From Bacteroidales bacterium (GTDB lineage Bacteria > Bacteroidota > Bacteroidia > Bacteroidales > UBA12077): a DNA stretch of 64,000 nt. The notes under the pieces were generated by a model. The model had not been told where the DNA came from. It ran no database searches and saw only the letters and a list, made by a program, of their open reading frames with translations. Below are positions 1-9,706 of the stretch, piece by piece (the first letter of the stretch is position 1; each line of letters opens with the position of its first letter). The DNA lies in assembly GCA_050179935.1 (NCBI GenBank), contig JBFXEQ010000004.1:28432-92431 (forward strand), read 5' to 3'. Made by a program: the position numbers and the translations under genes.

Positions 1-1477
1 TATTATATTCAGTTATCCAGAACATAGCCGAATCCGACATCATATTTTCCACTTCGGGTAAATCAAAATTTAACGATGGCAAAAACGTGTCAAACCAGGT
101 GGTTAACCGATGCTCTTCCCAAATTCTGATATTTTTTCGACCATCTGGCAAATCAAGTTGCGTGGCCCAATGAGGATTGTCGATATAGTTTTTATTTTGC
201 TGATGAACATGATTCGAAACATAATCGAGAATAATATTCATATCCTTTTCGTGAGTTGACGAAACTAAATCACTTAAATCTTTTGCAGTTCCAAAACGAT
301 TATCAACGGTTGTTAAAGTTATTGGCCAGTAACCATGATATCCGGAATATTTACGATGTGGGGCCGGATATTCGACAAACCCCTCTTTTGGATTTTGCGT
401 TATTGGCGAAAGCCAAATCATACTCACACCTAATTCAGTAAAATATCCGTCATTTACTTTTTGCGTAATACCTGCCAAATCGCCACCCCAATAATTTGCT
501 TTCTCATGTATTTCAGGATCATTCAATGGATTATCAATTGATTTATCGCCATTATTAAACCGATCAACCAGCATAAAATAAAGTACCTGTGCATGTTTGT
601 CGGTTCTCTTTAATTGCGCTGCATCCGAGATAACTTTGCCAAACTCAAGCGGAACAAGCACATCGTTTGAATATCCAAACTCATTATTAGTCCAAACTCT
701 TAAATATGAGCGATTTAACTTTTTGGCATTTTTAGGAATATCAACTGCTATCGTATTATTTTGGACAGTAAAGGGTACTGAGTAATTATTCCACAAACAC
801 ACTATTTTATCGGCTTCACCATTAATACCTATTTCAATGGTTCTCTCAGTAAAAGTCTTTGTATAAAGCTTTGGAGCGTTCTCTGCAGGATCACTGATTA
901 CAAGAACAGAATTAAATCCACCAATATTATTACTTTCCTGAACCCTATTGTCTGGATCGAGCATCCATTTGCCATCAACCACAACCTGGTATTGATATCT
1001 GCCGGGTGATAATTTTAGTATTTTTCTCCATTGTCCTTTATCATTCATTAAAGTATCGATCGGTGTCCATGAATTAAAGCTACCAGCCAGCAAAATTTGC
1101 TTATAATTAAAACCTTTAGAATCGAAAACAAACTCGTACTGGGTCATTTTCTGATATAACAAAACAATTGAATGTGCATAACCCTTAATCCAAGCCTGAG
1201 CAACTTCAAGTGAAGGAGTACTTTCAGTTGGTGTAACATACAACCATCTCTTATCATCAGAAAGCTTAAAAGTATAGTTTTCAAGAGAAATTGAGTCAAT
1301 TTTTTCAACCTGCTTAAAATACCCGTTCAGATAAATCTCTGCCCCGGCATCTGTAACATATACAGGAGCCGACGCTTCGTACATTTCTGCTGATTTAGGA
1401 ACTTTCAGGTTTACTGATTTGCTACAACCAAACAGAGAAACCAGTATAACGAATAATAAAAGATGATTTTTTTGCAT
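1..1477 (-). CDS. GH13 alpha-amylase-family lipoprotein with E-set/CBM48-like N-terminal domain (N-terminal part only; C-terminus lies outside the window)
   Basis: Open minus-strand frame from ATG at 1475-1477 to the window edge. It is absent from the ORF track because there is no stop inside the window. My translation starts MQKNHLLLFVILVSLFGC (lipoprotein signal). It then contains LLAGSFNSWTP...GRYQYQVVVDGKWMLDPDN (E-set/CBM48-like), LVDRFNNGD, GGDLAGI, GYHGYW and ILDYVSNH (GH13 region I). Confidence 0.8.
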   Translation of the reverse strand, partial: MQKNHLLLFVILVSLFGCSKSVNLKVPKSAEMYEASAPVYVTDAGAEIYLNGYFKQVEKIDSISLENYTFKLSDDKRWLYVTPTESTPSLEVAQAWIKGYAHSIVLLYQKMTQYEFVFDSKGFNYKQILLAGSFNSWTPIDTLMNDKGQWRKILKLSPGRYQYQVVVDGKWMLDPDNRVQESNNIGGFNSVLVISDPAENAPKLYTKTFTERTIEIGINGEADKIVCLWNNYSVPFTVQNNTIAVDIPKNAKKLNRSYLRVWTNNEFGYSNDVLVPLEFGKVISDAAQLKRTDKHAQVLYFMLVDRFNNGDKSIDNPLNDPEIHEKANYWGGDLAGITQKVNDGYFTELGVSMIWLSPITQNPKEGFVEYPAPHRKYSGYHGYWPITLTTVDNRFGTAKDLSDLVSSTHEKDMNIILDYVSNHVHQQNKNYIDNPHWATQLDLPDGRKNIRIWEEHRLTTWFDTFLPSLNFDLPEVENMMSDSAMFWITEYN

Positions 1478-1487
1478 AGTAGTTGAT

Positions 1488-3341
1488 TTATGGGTTCAAT
1501 TCAATAATCATAGCACCTTTTGCAGGCAATTTAATTTTAGTAAGATCATTAATACTGGATTTTGAAATGATATCAAAACCAGTTTTATAATTCGAGAGGA
1601 CTTCTGCAAACATATCAGTAGTAATAGTTTGCACAGAACTATTGTTGTTCAGAATTATCATTACGCAATCTGTTTCTGTGTATCTGAAATAGGTATAGAT
1701 ATTATTCTCTGGAATAAAATGCAACAGTTTGCCAGAATGTATTACCTGTTTGGTTTTTCTCCAATTCAGAATATTCTGGTAATAATTAAAAACATTATTT
1801 TGTGCAACTGTCCTACTTTCAGAAGTAAAAGCATTTATCGAATCTTCCGACCAACCACCTGCAAAATCGCTGCGCATTATACCGTGAGCTTCGTGTGCAA
1901 ATCCTTCCATAAGCAGCTCAGTACCATAAAATACCGAAGGTATTCCACGTGTTGTTAATTGAAAAGCTATAGCCAGCTTGAGTTTATTAATATCTTTCTG
2001 AAATGATGAAAATATTCGTGTAAGATCGTGATTATCGAGAAAAACAATGGTATTCATTGGGTTACTGTACAAAAAATCCTGCGACAAAATATAATAAAGT
2101 CGCGAAACGCCATTTGTCCAGCTATGTTCTTCGTTGAAAGCGTTCTCGATTGCATAATGCATTGGAAAATCTGTAACTACAGGAATATTTGATGAGTATC
2201 CATCAAAGTTTTTTGTATTCTTCTGCCAATAAGCTGTATGTGATATTTCCTGCAACCAGGCCTCTCCTATTATCGTTAAACTAGGATATTCATCCTGAAT
2301 CCTTTTTGCCCATTGCGCAACCATATCTTTATCTGAATAAGGCTGTGTATCCAGTCTAATACCATCAATCCCGGCATATTCAATCCACCAGATCGTGTTT
2401 TGTATCAGATAATTAGCCAGAAATCTATTTTTTTGATTCAGATCGGGCATATTTATATCGAACCAGCCATCGTTTTGCAGGCTTTTATCAATATTTGATG
2501 CATACGGATCCTGAACTACTTCAGACCGATAATTAGATTGCGTAAATTCATTATATTGATGAATCCAATCTTTTACAGGTAAATCATTCATCCACCAATG
2601 ACCGCTGCCACAATGATTTAAAACTACATCCATTATAAGTTTCAAATCTTTTTGATGGGCAGTTTTTACCAGTTCAGTGTACTTTTCATTTGTTCCAAAA
2701 CGCGGATCAACCTGATAATAGTTGCTTATAGCATATCCATGATAGGTATATTTTGGCTGATTATTTTCGAGCAAAGGAGTTATCCAAATTGTGGTAGCGC
2801 CAAAATCACGAATATAATCAAGATGATTGATAATACCCTGAATGTCACCACCATGTCTTCCATCAGGATTGGTTCTGTTTGCTTTTTCGAGCATCTTTTC
2901 AGAGTCATCGTTAGTTACATCGCCATTCGAAAACCTATCAGGCATTAAAAGGTAAATCACATCGGAGGTTGAGAATCCTTTATGCTGATTACTATCTTTA
3001 TTTCTAGGTTTTATTTCATAATTCAATGATTCGACTTTTTCTTTGTTCTTGTAAAAATCCAATTTTATGAAATTTTTGTTCAAATTATCTGGAATGATCA
3101 AATCAATAAATAAATAATTTGGGTTATCGATTTTTGAGAAACCTGTAATAAGTCCCTGAATATCACAAGCAACATCAAGGACAGCAACATTTTCTCCATA
3201 AATCATAATTTGTAATGATTTTTCTTTCATTCCGGCAAACCAGAACGGAGGTTCAACTCTTTTAATAACCTGCGAAAAAAGATCAACAGAAACAAAAACA
3301 AAAATCAATAAAATATAAATACTTCTTTTATACACAGTCAT
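1488..3341 (-). CDS. GH13 alpha-amylase / cyclomaltodextrinase-like enzyme, secreted
   Basis: 617 aa with N-terminal signal peptide. All four GH13 regions are visible: DVVLNHCG (I), GIDGIRLDT (II), IIGEAW (III), FLDNHD (IV). Also has MPDRFSNGD. Confidence 0.85.
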   Translation of the reverse strand: MTVYKRSIYILLIFVFVSVDLFSQVIKRVEPPFWFAGMKEKSLQIMIYGENVAVLDVACDIQGLITGFSKIDNPNYLFIDLIIPDNLNKNFIKLDFYKNKEKVESLNYEIKPRNKDSNQHKGFSTSDVIYLLMPDRFSNGDVTNDDSEKMLEKANRTNPDGRHGGDIQGIINHLDYIRDFGATTIWITPLLENNQPKYTYHGYAISNYYQVDPRFGTNEKYTELVKTAHQKDLKLIMDVVLNHCGSGHWWMNDLPVKDWIHQYNEFTQSNYRSEVVQDPYASNIDKSLQNDGWFDINMPDLNQKNRFLANYLIQNTIWWIEYAGIDGIRLDTQPYSDKDMVAQWAKRIQDEYPSLTIIGEAWLQEISHTAYWQKNTKNFDGYSSNIPVVTDFPMHYAIENAFNEEHSWTNGVSRLYYILSQDFLYSNPMNTIVFLDNHDLTRIFSSFQKDINKLKLAIAFQLTTRGIPSVFYGTELLMEGFAHEAHGIMRSDFAGGWSEDSINAFTSESRTVAQNNVFNYYQNILNWRKTKQVIHSGKLLHFIPENNIYTYFRYTETDCVMIILNNNSSVQTITTDMFAEVLSNYKTGFDIISKSSINDLTKIKLPAKGAMIIELNP

Positions 3342-5656
3342 TATTCAATTGAATTTACATTAATAGCCGATTTTGATTTAATCGTATGCTCCTCTTCGTA
3401 AATAAATAGTTTCAGGTTTTTAGATGAGTTGTTCTGAACTGTAATCTCTTTATTGGTAACCTGAACGTTAACCTGATGACCTCTAAACTTAACATTAAAC
3501 GAATATTGTTTCCATTGTTTTGGGATAAAAGGATTGAAATGTAACTCGTCGTTTTTTATTCGCATACCACCAAAACCCTCAACTACCGACATCCATGTTC
3601 CGGCCATACTTGTAATATGCAATCCCTGGTACACCTCGTTATTATAATCATCCAGATCGAGCCGGGCAGTTCGTAAATAAAGCTCATACGCTTTTTCTTT
3701 ATATCCCAATTTTGATGCAAGAATAGAATGCACGCATGGCGAAAGTGACGACTCGTGAACGGTACGTGGTTCGTAAAAATCAAAATTTCGTTTAATGGTG
3801 TTTAAATCAAATTTATCTTCGAAGAAGTAGATTCCTTGTAAAACATCTGCCTGTTTTATAAAACATGACCTCAAAATTCGATCCCACGACCATTTTTGGT
3901 TAATAGGACGATCTTCTTTAGGTAAATCTTTAACAAGAATCTGTTCTTTGTCCATATATCCTTCCTGCTGCAAAAAAACACCCAGCTCCTCATTCTCAGG
4001 ATAATACATATTATCGATTATCTTTGTCCAGAAGCTAACCTCTTTTAGCTCATTAAAATGCAGTTTATCCTTTACCTTTTTAAAATGATCGGGAGATTTT
4101 TCTTCAATTTTTGCAATACTCTGTATGGTATATTCCATGCACCAGGTAGCAATAGTACTCGTGTACCAGTTATTGTTAACATTATTTTCGTACTCATTGG
4201 GGCCTGTAACACCCAACATAACATACTTTTTCTTTTCGTCTGAGAAATTTATCCGTTGTGCCCAAAATCTGCTAATACCAATTAAAACCTCTATACCATA
4301 CTCAAATAAATAGGATTCATCACCTGTGTAACGTGTATAATTATAGATAGCGTAAGCAATAGCTCCATTTCGGTGAATTTCCTCAAAAGTAATCTCCCAT
4401 TCGTTATGGCATTCTTCACCATTCATTGTAACCATAGGATACAAGGCCGCTCCATTTTTAAATCCCAGCTTTTCGGCATTTTCGATAGCCTTATCCAGCT
4501 GACGATAACGATACAGTAATAAGTTTTTAGCAACCCGTTGATCGGCTGTACGCAAATAAAAAGGCACACAATACGCTTCGGTATCCCAATATGTTGAGCC
4601 ACCATATTTTTCGCCGGTAAAACCCTTAGGGCCAATATTAAGGCGTTCGTCTTCGCCAGTATAGGTTTGATTTAATTGAAAAATATTAAATCGGATTGCC
4701 TGTTGAGCTGCTACATCTCCTTCGATCACAATATCGCTTTCGGACCATTTATCGGCCCAGGCTTTTTTGTGATCTTCGTATAACTTTTCGAATCCTTTTT
4801 TAAATGATCTTTTTAAAACAGCACTTGCAGCTTCAACAATGGCACTTTTTTCATAATCTTCTGATGTAGTTATTGCTGCATACTTATAAATGGTTACAAC
4901 ATCATTTTTTTTACAGTTAACACAAACACTCTGACTTATATATTTTTTTCTACGATCTTCGATAGATGAATTACTAATTACCGTATCATTTTTTTCGACT
5001 CTGTATTTCATGGCTGTGCAAACATGAAAATTGAGTTTTTTGGTTTTTGTTGATATATAAGCCTCCCCCGGATTGCTTTTTGAAGTTACCTCTTCCCAGA
5101 ATTTTTCGTTATAGTTTGAATCTTCATTAATTACATCAGCATCGAGATATGGAGTAACTGTAATTTTACCATTAACATTGAGGCTTTTAACCTGATACGT
5201 TATACACCCAAGTTCGGGTTCGGTAAGGCTAATAAATCGTTTTGCATTTACTTCTATTTTGTTACCATTATCAAACTCAGCAATAAAGGAACGTTCGAGT
5301 ACCCCTTCGTGCATATTTAAAACACGCTGAAACTGTTCTACTTTAACTTTTGCCAGATCAAGTAATTGGTCATTTATCATAACATCAATGCCAATCCAGT
5401 TGGGTGCGTTTAAAACTTTGGCGAAGTACTCGGGATATCCATTTTTCCACCATCCTACCTTTGTTTTATCGGGATAATAAATTCCAGCAATATAGTTTCC
5501 CTGTAACGAATCACCTGAATATCGTTCTTCGAAGTTTGCCCGTTGTCCAATTTTTCCATTACCCAATGAAAAAATACTTTCTGATGAGCGTTGATTTTTA
5601 GGGTTAAAATCCTCTTCGATTATACACCAATCGTCGTTTTTTAAATACGTATTCAT
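3341..5656 (-). CDS. GH65 glycoside phosphorylase, most likely maltose phosphorylase
   Basis: 771 aa, the typical GH65 length. Contains the GEKYGGSTYWDTE catalytic-acid region. It is flanked by beta-phosphoglucomutase and GH13 genes. Its stop overlaps the start of the downstream GH13 gene by 1 nt (TAATG). Confidence 0.85.
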   Translation of the reverse strand: MNTYLKNDDWCIIEEDFNPKNQRSSESIFSLGNGKIGQRANFEERYSGDSLQGNYIAGIYYPDKTKVGWWKNGYPEYFAKVLNAPNWIGIDVMINDQLLDLAKVKVEQFQRVLNMHEGVLERSFIAEFDNGNKIEVNAKRFISLTEPELGCITYQVKSLNVNGKITVTPYLDADVINEDSNYNEKFWEEVTSKSNPGEAYISTKTKKLNFHVCTAMKYRVEKNDTVISNSSIEDRRKKYISQSVCVNCKKNDVVTIYKYAAITTSEDYEKSAIVEAASAVLKRSFKKGFEKLYEDHKKAWADKWSESDIVIEGDVAAQQAIRFNIFQLNQTYTGEDERLNIGPKGFTGEKYGGSTYWDTEAYCVPFYLRTADQRVAKNLLLYRYRQLDKAIENAEKLGFKNGAALYPMVTMNGEECHNEWEITFEEIHRNGAIAYAIYNYTRYTGDESYLFEYGIEVLIGISRFWAQRINFSDEKKKYVMLGVTGPNEYENNVNNNWYTSTIATWCMEYTIQSIAKIEEKSPDHFKKVKDKLHFNELKEVSFWTKIIDNMYYPENEELGVFLQQEGYMDKEQILVKDLPKEDRPINQKWSWDRILRSCFIKQADVLQGIYFFEDKFDLNTIKRNFDFYEPRTVHESSLSPCVHSILASKLGYKEKAYELYLRTARLDLDDYNNEVYQGLHITSMAGTWMSVVEGFGGMRIKNDELHFNPFIPKQWKQYSFNVKFRGHQVNVQVTNKEITVQNNSSKNLKLFIYEEEHTIKSKSAINVNSIE

Positions 5657-5676
5657 TTACGTAGGATTTAAAATTT

Positions 5677-6330
5677 TTAACTAATTCTATCAAATATTGA
5701 AATGTCGAGGTTTTTAAAATCCGGAATAACCAGATCGGCTTTGCAAAGCACCTCTTGAGTACCAACACCAATAGCTTTCATTCCCGCGTTATGCGCTGCT
5801 TCAATTCCAGCAGCTGCATCTTCGAACACAATGCAGTTTTTCGGGTTGGCTTTCAGCTCTTTTGCTGCTTTAATAAAAACTTCCGGATCGGGTTTTGAGA
5901 ACGAAATTTTATTGCCATCAATAACGGCATCGAAATAATTACTAAGACCAATTTTTTCGAGGATAATTCCGGAATTTTTACTTGATGAGCCAATTGCAAT
6001 TTTATGATTTGCTGATTTAAGCTTTTTAAGAAAATCACTTACCCCTGGTAAAATATCATCAGGAGTCATTTTAAGAATGTATTCTTTATACCAGTCGTTC
6101 TTTCGTGTTGCCAGCTCAATCTTTTCTTTTTCAGATAAGTTATTTATTTTGCCTATTTCGAGAACAATTTCAAGAGAATCGAGTCGACTAATCCCTTTAA
6201 GGTGTTCGTTCTGATGAATAGTTATATCAAAACCAAGCTCGTTAGCGAGTCTTTTCCAAGCTTGATAGTGAAAAATGGCTGTATCTACAATAACACCATC
6301 TAAATCAAAAATAACAGCTTCTACATTCAT
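5677..6330 (-). CDS. pgmB: beta-phosphoglucomutase (HAD superfamily)
   Basis: 217 aa. HAD motif I VIFDLDGVIVDT, GSSSKN, and motif EDAAAGIEAAHNAGM. Sits between the MFS sugar transporter and the GH65 phosphorylase. Confidence 0.85.
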   Translation of the reverse strand: MNVEAVIFDLDGVIVDTAIFHYQAWKRLANELGFDITIHQNEHLKGISRLDSLEIVLEIGKINNLSEKEKIELATRKNDWYKEYILKMTPDDILPGVSDFLKKLKSANHKIAIGSSSKNSGIILEKIGLSNYFDAVIDGNKISFSKPDPEVFIKAAKELKANPKNCIVFEDAAAGIEAAHNAGMKAIGVGTQEVLCKADLVIPDFKNLDISIFDRIS

Positions 6331-7643
6331 TATTTTGCTATTCGTTTATCAAGTTTATCATCAACAAAGTAAGTACTTATTGCTCCAAGGATCATACAAA
6401 TTCCGGCAGCAAGAATCGCATTAAAAGGATTTCCTCCATAAACATGTTTAAATAAAACTGTTCCAAGTAATCCATTGGTTATCTGAGGTATAGTTATTGA
6501 AAGGTTAAATAAACCCATAAATACGCCCATTTGTTTTGCCGGAATAGAATTTGCCAGCATGGCGTATGGCATAGCCAGAATACTTCCCCAGGCAATACCA
6601 ACGCCTATCATTGGTAAAATAAGCCATGTATCGTTCTTAAATAAAAAGAATGATAGAAATGATAATCCGCCAATTGTGAGAGCTAAAGCATGTGTAGCCC
6701 TGCGTCCAATACGTTTTGCAATAATTGGTAAAGATAAAGCTATGATAGCAGAAACTCCATTATATATACCAAACAATATCCCTACCCAATCGCCAGCTTC
6801 CTGAAACTGCAAGCTATGAGGATCTGTAGTTCCATAAAATCTTGAAGCGATAGCAGGAGTCGTATAAACCCACATGGAGAAAAGTGCAAACCATGAAAAA
6901 AACTGAACCACCAATAACTGAATCATTGTTTTAGGAATAGTAAATTTCTTCTTCACTTTTTCATCCTTATTTTCTTCCTCATCGTAAAATTGAGGTGGAT
7001 ATTCTTTCGTAGTAATTACTGTCCAAACAATTGATGATATTAAAACGAAGGCGCCAATGTAAAAAGACCATATAACATTTGGTGAAATTTCGCCTTGAAC
7101 TTCGGCCTCTTTAGATATTCCGAAAATATTTCCAAGAATATAAGGTAACCATGATCCGATAACAGCACCAATTCCAATAAGCATAGTTTGAACCGAAAAT
7201 CCCAAGGTATGTTGTTCTTCAGGTAATTTATCAGCAACTAATGCTCTGAATGGTTCCATGGAAATATTAATTGATGCATCCATGATCATTAACATCCCGC
7301 CACCAATAAACATGGGCGAAATAAATGATGCCAGATGCGGAGCATTAGGCATGGCAATTAAAGCAAGACTGGTTAGAATCGCTCCTGCTAAAAAGAAAGG
7401 ACGCCTTCTGCCTAGCTTTGTCCATGTTCTATCACTATAGTAACCAACAATAGGCTGAATAATCATTCCTGTTAATGGGGCCACCAGCCAAAACCAGTTA
7501 AGATGCTCTACATTTGCTCCAAAGGTTTGGAGAATACGACTGGCGTTGGCATTTTGCAATGCAAAGCCAAACTGAATGCCCAGAAATCCAAAACTTAAAT
7601 TCCAGATTTGCCAGAAACTAAGTGATTTTTTATGCTTATTCAT
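6330..7643 (-). CDS. MFS (GPH/SLC45-like) sugar:H+ symporter, probable maltose/maltodextrin transporter
   Basis: 437 aa and highly hydrophobic (about 12 TM). Contains the YSDRTWTKLGRRRPF loop motif. It is the first gene of the maltose operon and shares a 1-nt stop/start overlap with pgmB. Confidence 0.7.
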   Translation of the reverse strand: MNKHKKSLSFWQIWNLSFGFLGIQFGFALQNANASRILQTFGANVEHLNWFWLVAPLTGMIIQPIVGYYSDRTWTKLGRRRPFFLAGAILTSLALIAMPNAPHLASFISPMFIGGGMLMIMDASINISMEPFRALVADKLPEEQHTLGFSVQTMLIGIGAVIGSWLPYILGNIFGISKEAEVQGEISPNVIWSFYIGAFVLISSIVWTVITTKEYPPQFYDEEENKDEKVKKKFTIPKTMIQLLVVQFFSWFALFSMWVYTTPAIASRFYGTTDPHSLQFQEAGDWVGILFGIYNGVSAIIALSLPIIAKRIGRRATHALALTIGGLSFLSFFLFKNDTWLILPMIGVGIAWGSILAMPYAMLANSIPAKQMGVFMGLFNLSITIPQITNGLLGTVLFKHVYGGNPFNAILAAGICMILGAISTYFVDDKLDKRIAK

Positions 7644-7769
7644 GGATTAGAAGATTTGTAAACTTAGATAATTTAACTATTATCAAAGATAATAAAAAAA
7701 GCGATATAATACCGTAAAATATTAGTAAGCAATTATTTACAATAGTACAAAACAAACCAAAAGGCTTAT

Positions 7770-7783
7770 TTCAAACGTTTGCA
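7770..7783. promoter_or_regulatory. LacI/cre-type palindromic operator candidate upstream of the maltose operon
   Basis: TTCAAACGTTTGCA with a perfect 10-nt palindrome core CAAACGTTTG (7772-7781). It lies about 130 nt upstream of the MFS start codon. It resembles the TGnAAnCGnTTnCA operators of LacI-family regulators. Confidence 0.35.
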
Positions 7784-7808
7784 AAAAACGAAAAAAAATT
7801 CAAAAAAA

Positions 7809-7835
7809 ATCCCGAAGTAATTTTTACTCCGGGAT
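7809..7835 (-). terminator. rho-independent terminator of the POT transporter gene
   Basis: Hairpin ATCCCGAAGTAA-TTT-TTACTCCGGGAT (one mismatch). On the minus strand it is followed by a long T-run (the A-run at 7789-7809 on the plus strand). Confidence 0.6.
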
Positions 7836-7858
7836 TAGAAGTTAATATAAATTATTAT

Positions 7859-9577
7859 TTATGCTGTCTTTGTAGCATGTTCTAATCTTTTTAGTATTGA
7901 AAAAATGAAAATAGCAGCTAATATACATAATACGACTAAAATACCCCAAAATTGCCACAATTGAACCTTATTCCAAAGAATACCAATTAAAGCAACACCA
8001 TAATTACCAATTGCAGTTGCAGCAAGCCAACCACCTTGCATTAGACCTTTATACTGAGGAGGAGCAACTTTAGAAACAAAGGACAATCCAATTGGACTTA
8101 AAAATAACTCAGCAATTGTTAAAATAAAGTATGTACTTATTAACCAGTAAGGACCAACAGCAAAATTGTTACCAACTCTTGTTTCTCCAATGTCACCAGG
8201 AGCCATACCAATAAGCGATAACGAACCAACAACGAGTATAGTAAACCCAACAGCAGTTATTATCATCCCTATACCTATTTTCTTTGGATCGGAAGGATCT
8301 TTGCCTTTATTTGCCAACATTCCAAATATACCAACTACTATTGGTGTAAGAGCAACTATGAAGAAAGGGTTAAAATGTTGAAATTTTTGTGGTGTAAATA
8401 AATTACTTATTTCATATCCATTAATTCTAAAGAATGCTATTACAGCAAATGCAGCAGCCATAATAAGACCAACTATTCTTAAAGTGTTATTGTTTTTGCG
8501 TCTTGCAAATAAAAAAACGCCTACAACAGTTAAAGCAATTGAAAGTAATCCAAATAAATCAAACCAAATATTTGTAAGTTTACTAACTGTATCAACAGTA
8601 TAATCTCTTGCAAAGGCAGTCATTGCAGCACCATTTTGATGGAATGCCATCCAAAAGAAAATCACAACAACAAAAACAAGTACTAATGAAACCATTCTTT
8701 CTTTTACTTGTTTTTTAGTAAGTTGAATAACATTATTTACATAATCTTTGTTTTTAGATTTTTGTTTTTCAGTAATATCTGCATGTTTATAATATTTTCT
8801 AAATCCCCAGAAAATTAACATCGAAGCTATTAATGAAAGAGTTGCAACTCCAAATGCCCAATGATAGGAATTTGATAATTTATTTATATAGTACAATGAA
8901 AATTGCCCCAAATCACCTGACATTGATGAAAATGCAGCTTGGTGATTTGCAAGCTCAGTTAATTTTACAGTTTCTTCTGTTGATATAGTACCATCAATAA
9001 ATTTATGAGCTAATGCAGGAATACCTCCACTATATGTCAATTTTGATCCTTTTAACATCCAATTACTTATAGCTTCAGCTGCAGTTGGAGCAAACATAGC
9101 ACCAACATTAATACCCATATAAAAAATATTAAAACCTAACGATCGAAATTTTTCAAATTTTTGATCAGCATCGTAAAGATTTCCAACTAGAGCTTGTAAG
9201 TTTCCTTTAAATAAACCTGTACCTATCGAAATTACAGCTAAACCTGCAATGACTAATGGCAATCCACTTCTTGCTGATTCAGCTGACCAATTTGTTGGAA
9301 TTGCAATTAGTATATACCCTGTGAACATCACTAAAAGTCCTAGACTAATTGTTTTTCCATATCCAAAAACTTTATCTGCTAAAATTCCACCAAGAAGTGG
9401 CATAAAATAGACACAGGCTAGGAAAATACCAAAATATTGTGATGCTGTTTCGTATTTAAAACCATATTTGGCTTGTAAAAACAAAACAAATATTGCAAGC
9501 ATTGTATAATACCCAAATCGCTCTCCCATATTTGCAAAAAGAGCAACAAATAATCCTTTTGGATGGTTTTTAAACAT
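7859..9577 (-). CDS. POT/PTR2 family proton-dependent di/tripeptide transporter
   Basis: 572 aa polytopic membrane protein. Carries the ExxERFxYY signature as GERFGYYTM and the second POT motif GGILADKVFGYGKTI. Confidence 0.85.
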   Translation of the reverse strand: MFKNHPKGLFVALFANMGERFGYYTMLAIFVLFLQAKYGFKYETASQYFGIFLACVYFMPLLGGILADKVFGYGKTISLGLLVMFTGYILIAIPTNWSAESARSGLPLVIAGLAVISIGTGLFKGNLQALVGNLYDADQKFEKFRSLGFNIFYMGINVGAMFAPTAAEAISNWMLKGSKLTYSGGIPALAHKFIDGTISTEETVKLTELANHQAAFSSMSGDLGQFSLYYINKLSNSYHWAFGVATLSLIASMLIFWGFRKYYKHADITEKQKSKNKDYVNNVIQLTKKQVKERMVSLVLVFVVVIFFWMAFHQNGAAMTAFARDYTVDTVSKLTNIWFDLFGLLSIALTVVGVFLFARRKNNNTLRIVGLIMAAAFAVIAFFRINGYEISNLFTPQKFQHFNPFFIVALTPIVVGIFGMLANKGKDPSDPKKIGIGMIITAVGFTILVVGSLSLIGMAPGDIGETRVGNNFAVGPYWLISTYFILTIAELFLSPIGLSFVSKVAPPQYKGLMQGGWLAATAIGNYGVALIGILWNKVQLWQFWGILVVLCILAAIFIFSILKRLEHATKTA

Positions 9578-9678
9578 AATTTATTATTTTTAGTTAGTAT
9601 TACTTATTCATTTTTAAGAAAGACAAATATAAAAATCTTTTTTTTCAGACCAAGTTTTTATTTAAAGGTTTAACCTAC

Positions 9679-9686
9679 TAAATTTG
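9679..9686 (+). promoter_or_regulatory. Bacteroidota-type -7 promoter box (TAnnTTTG) for nnr
   Basis: TAAATTTG, ending 20 nt upstream of the ATG at 9707. Confidence 0.35.
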
Positions 9687-9706
9687 TTATTAAAAATATC
9701 GAATTT

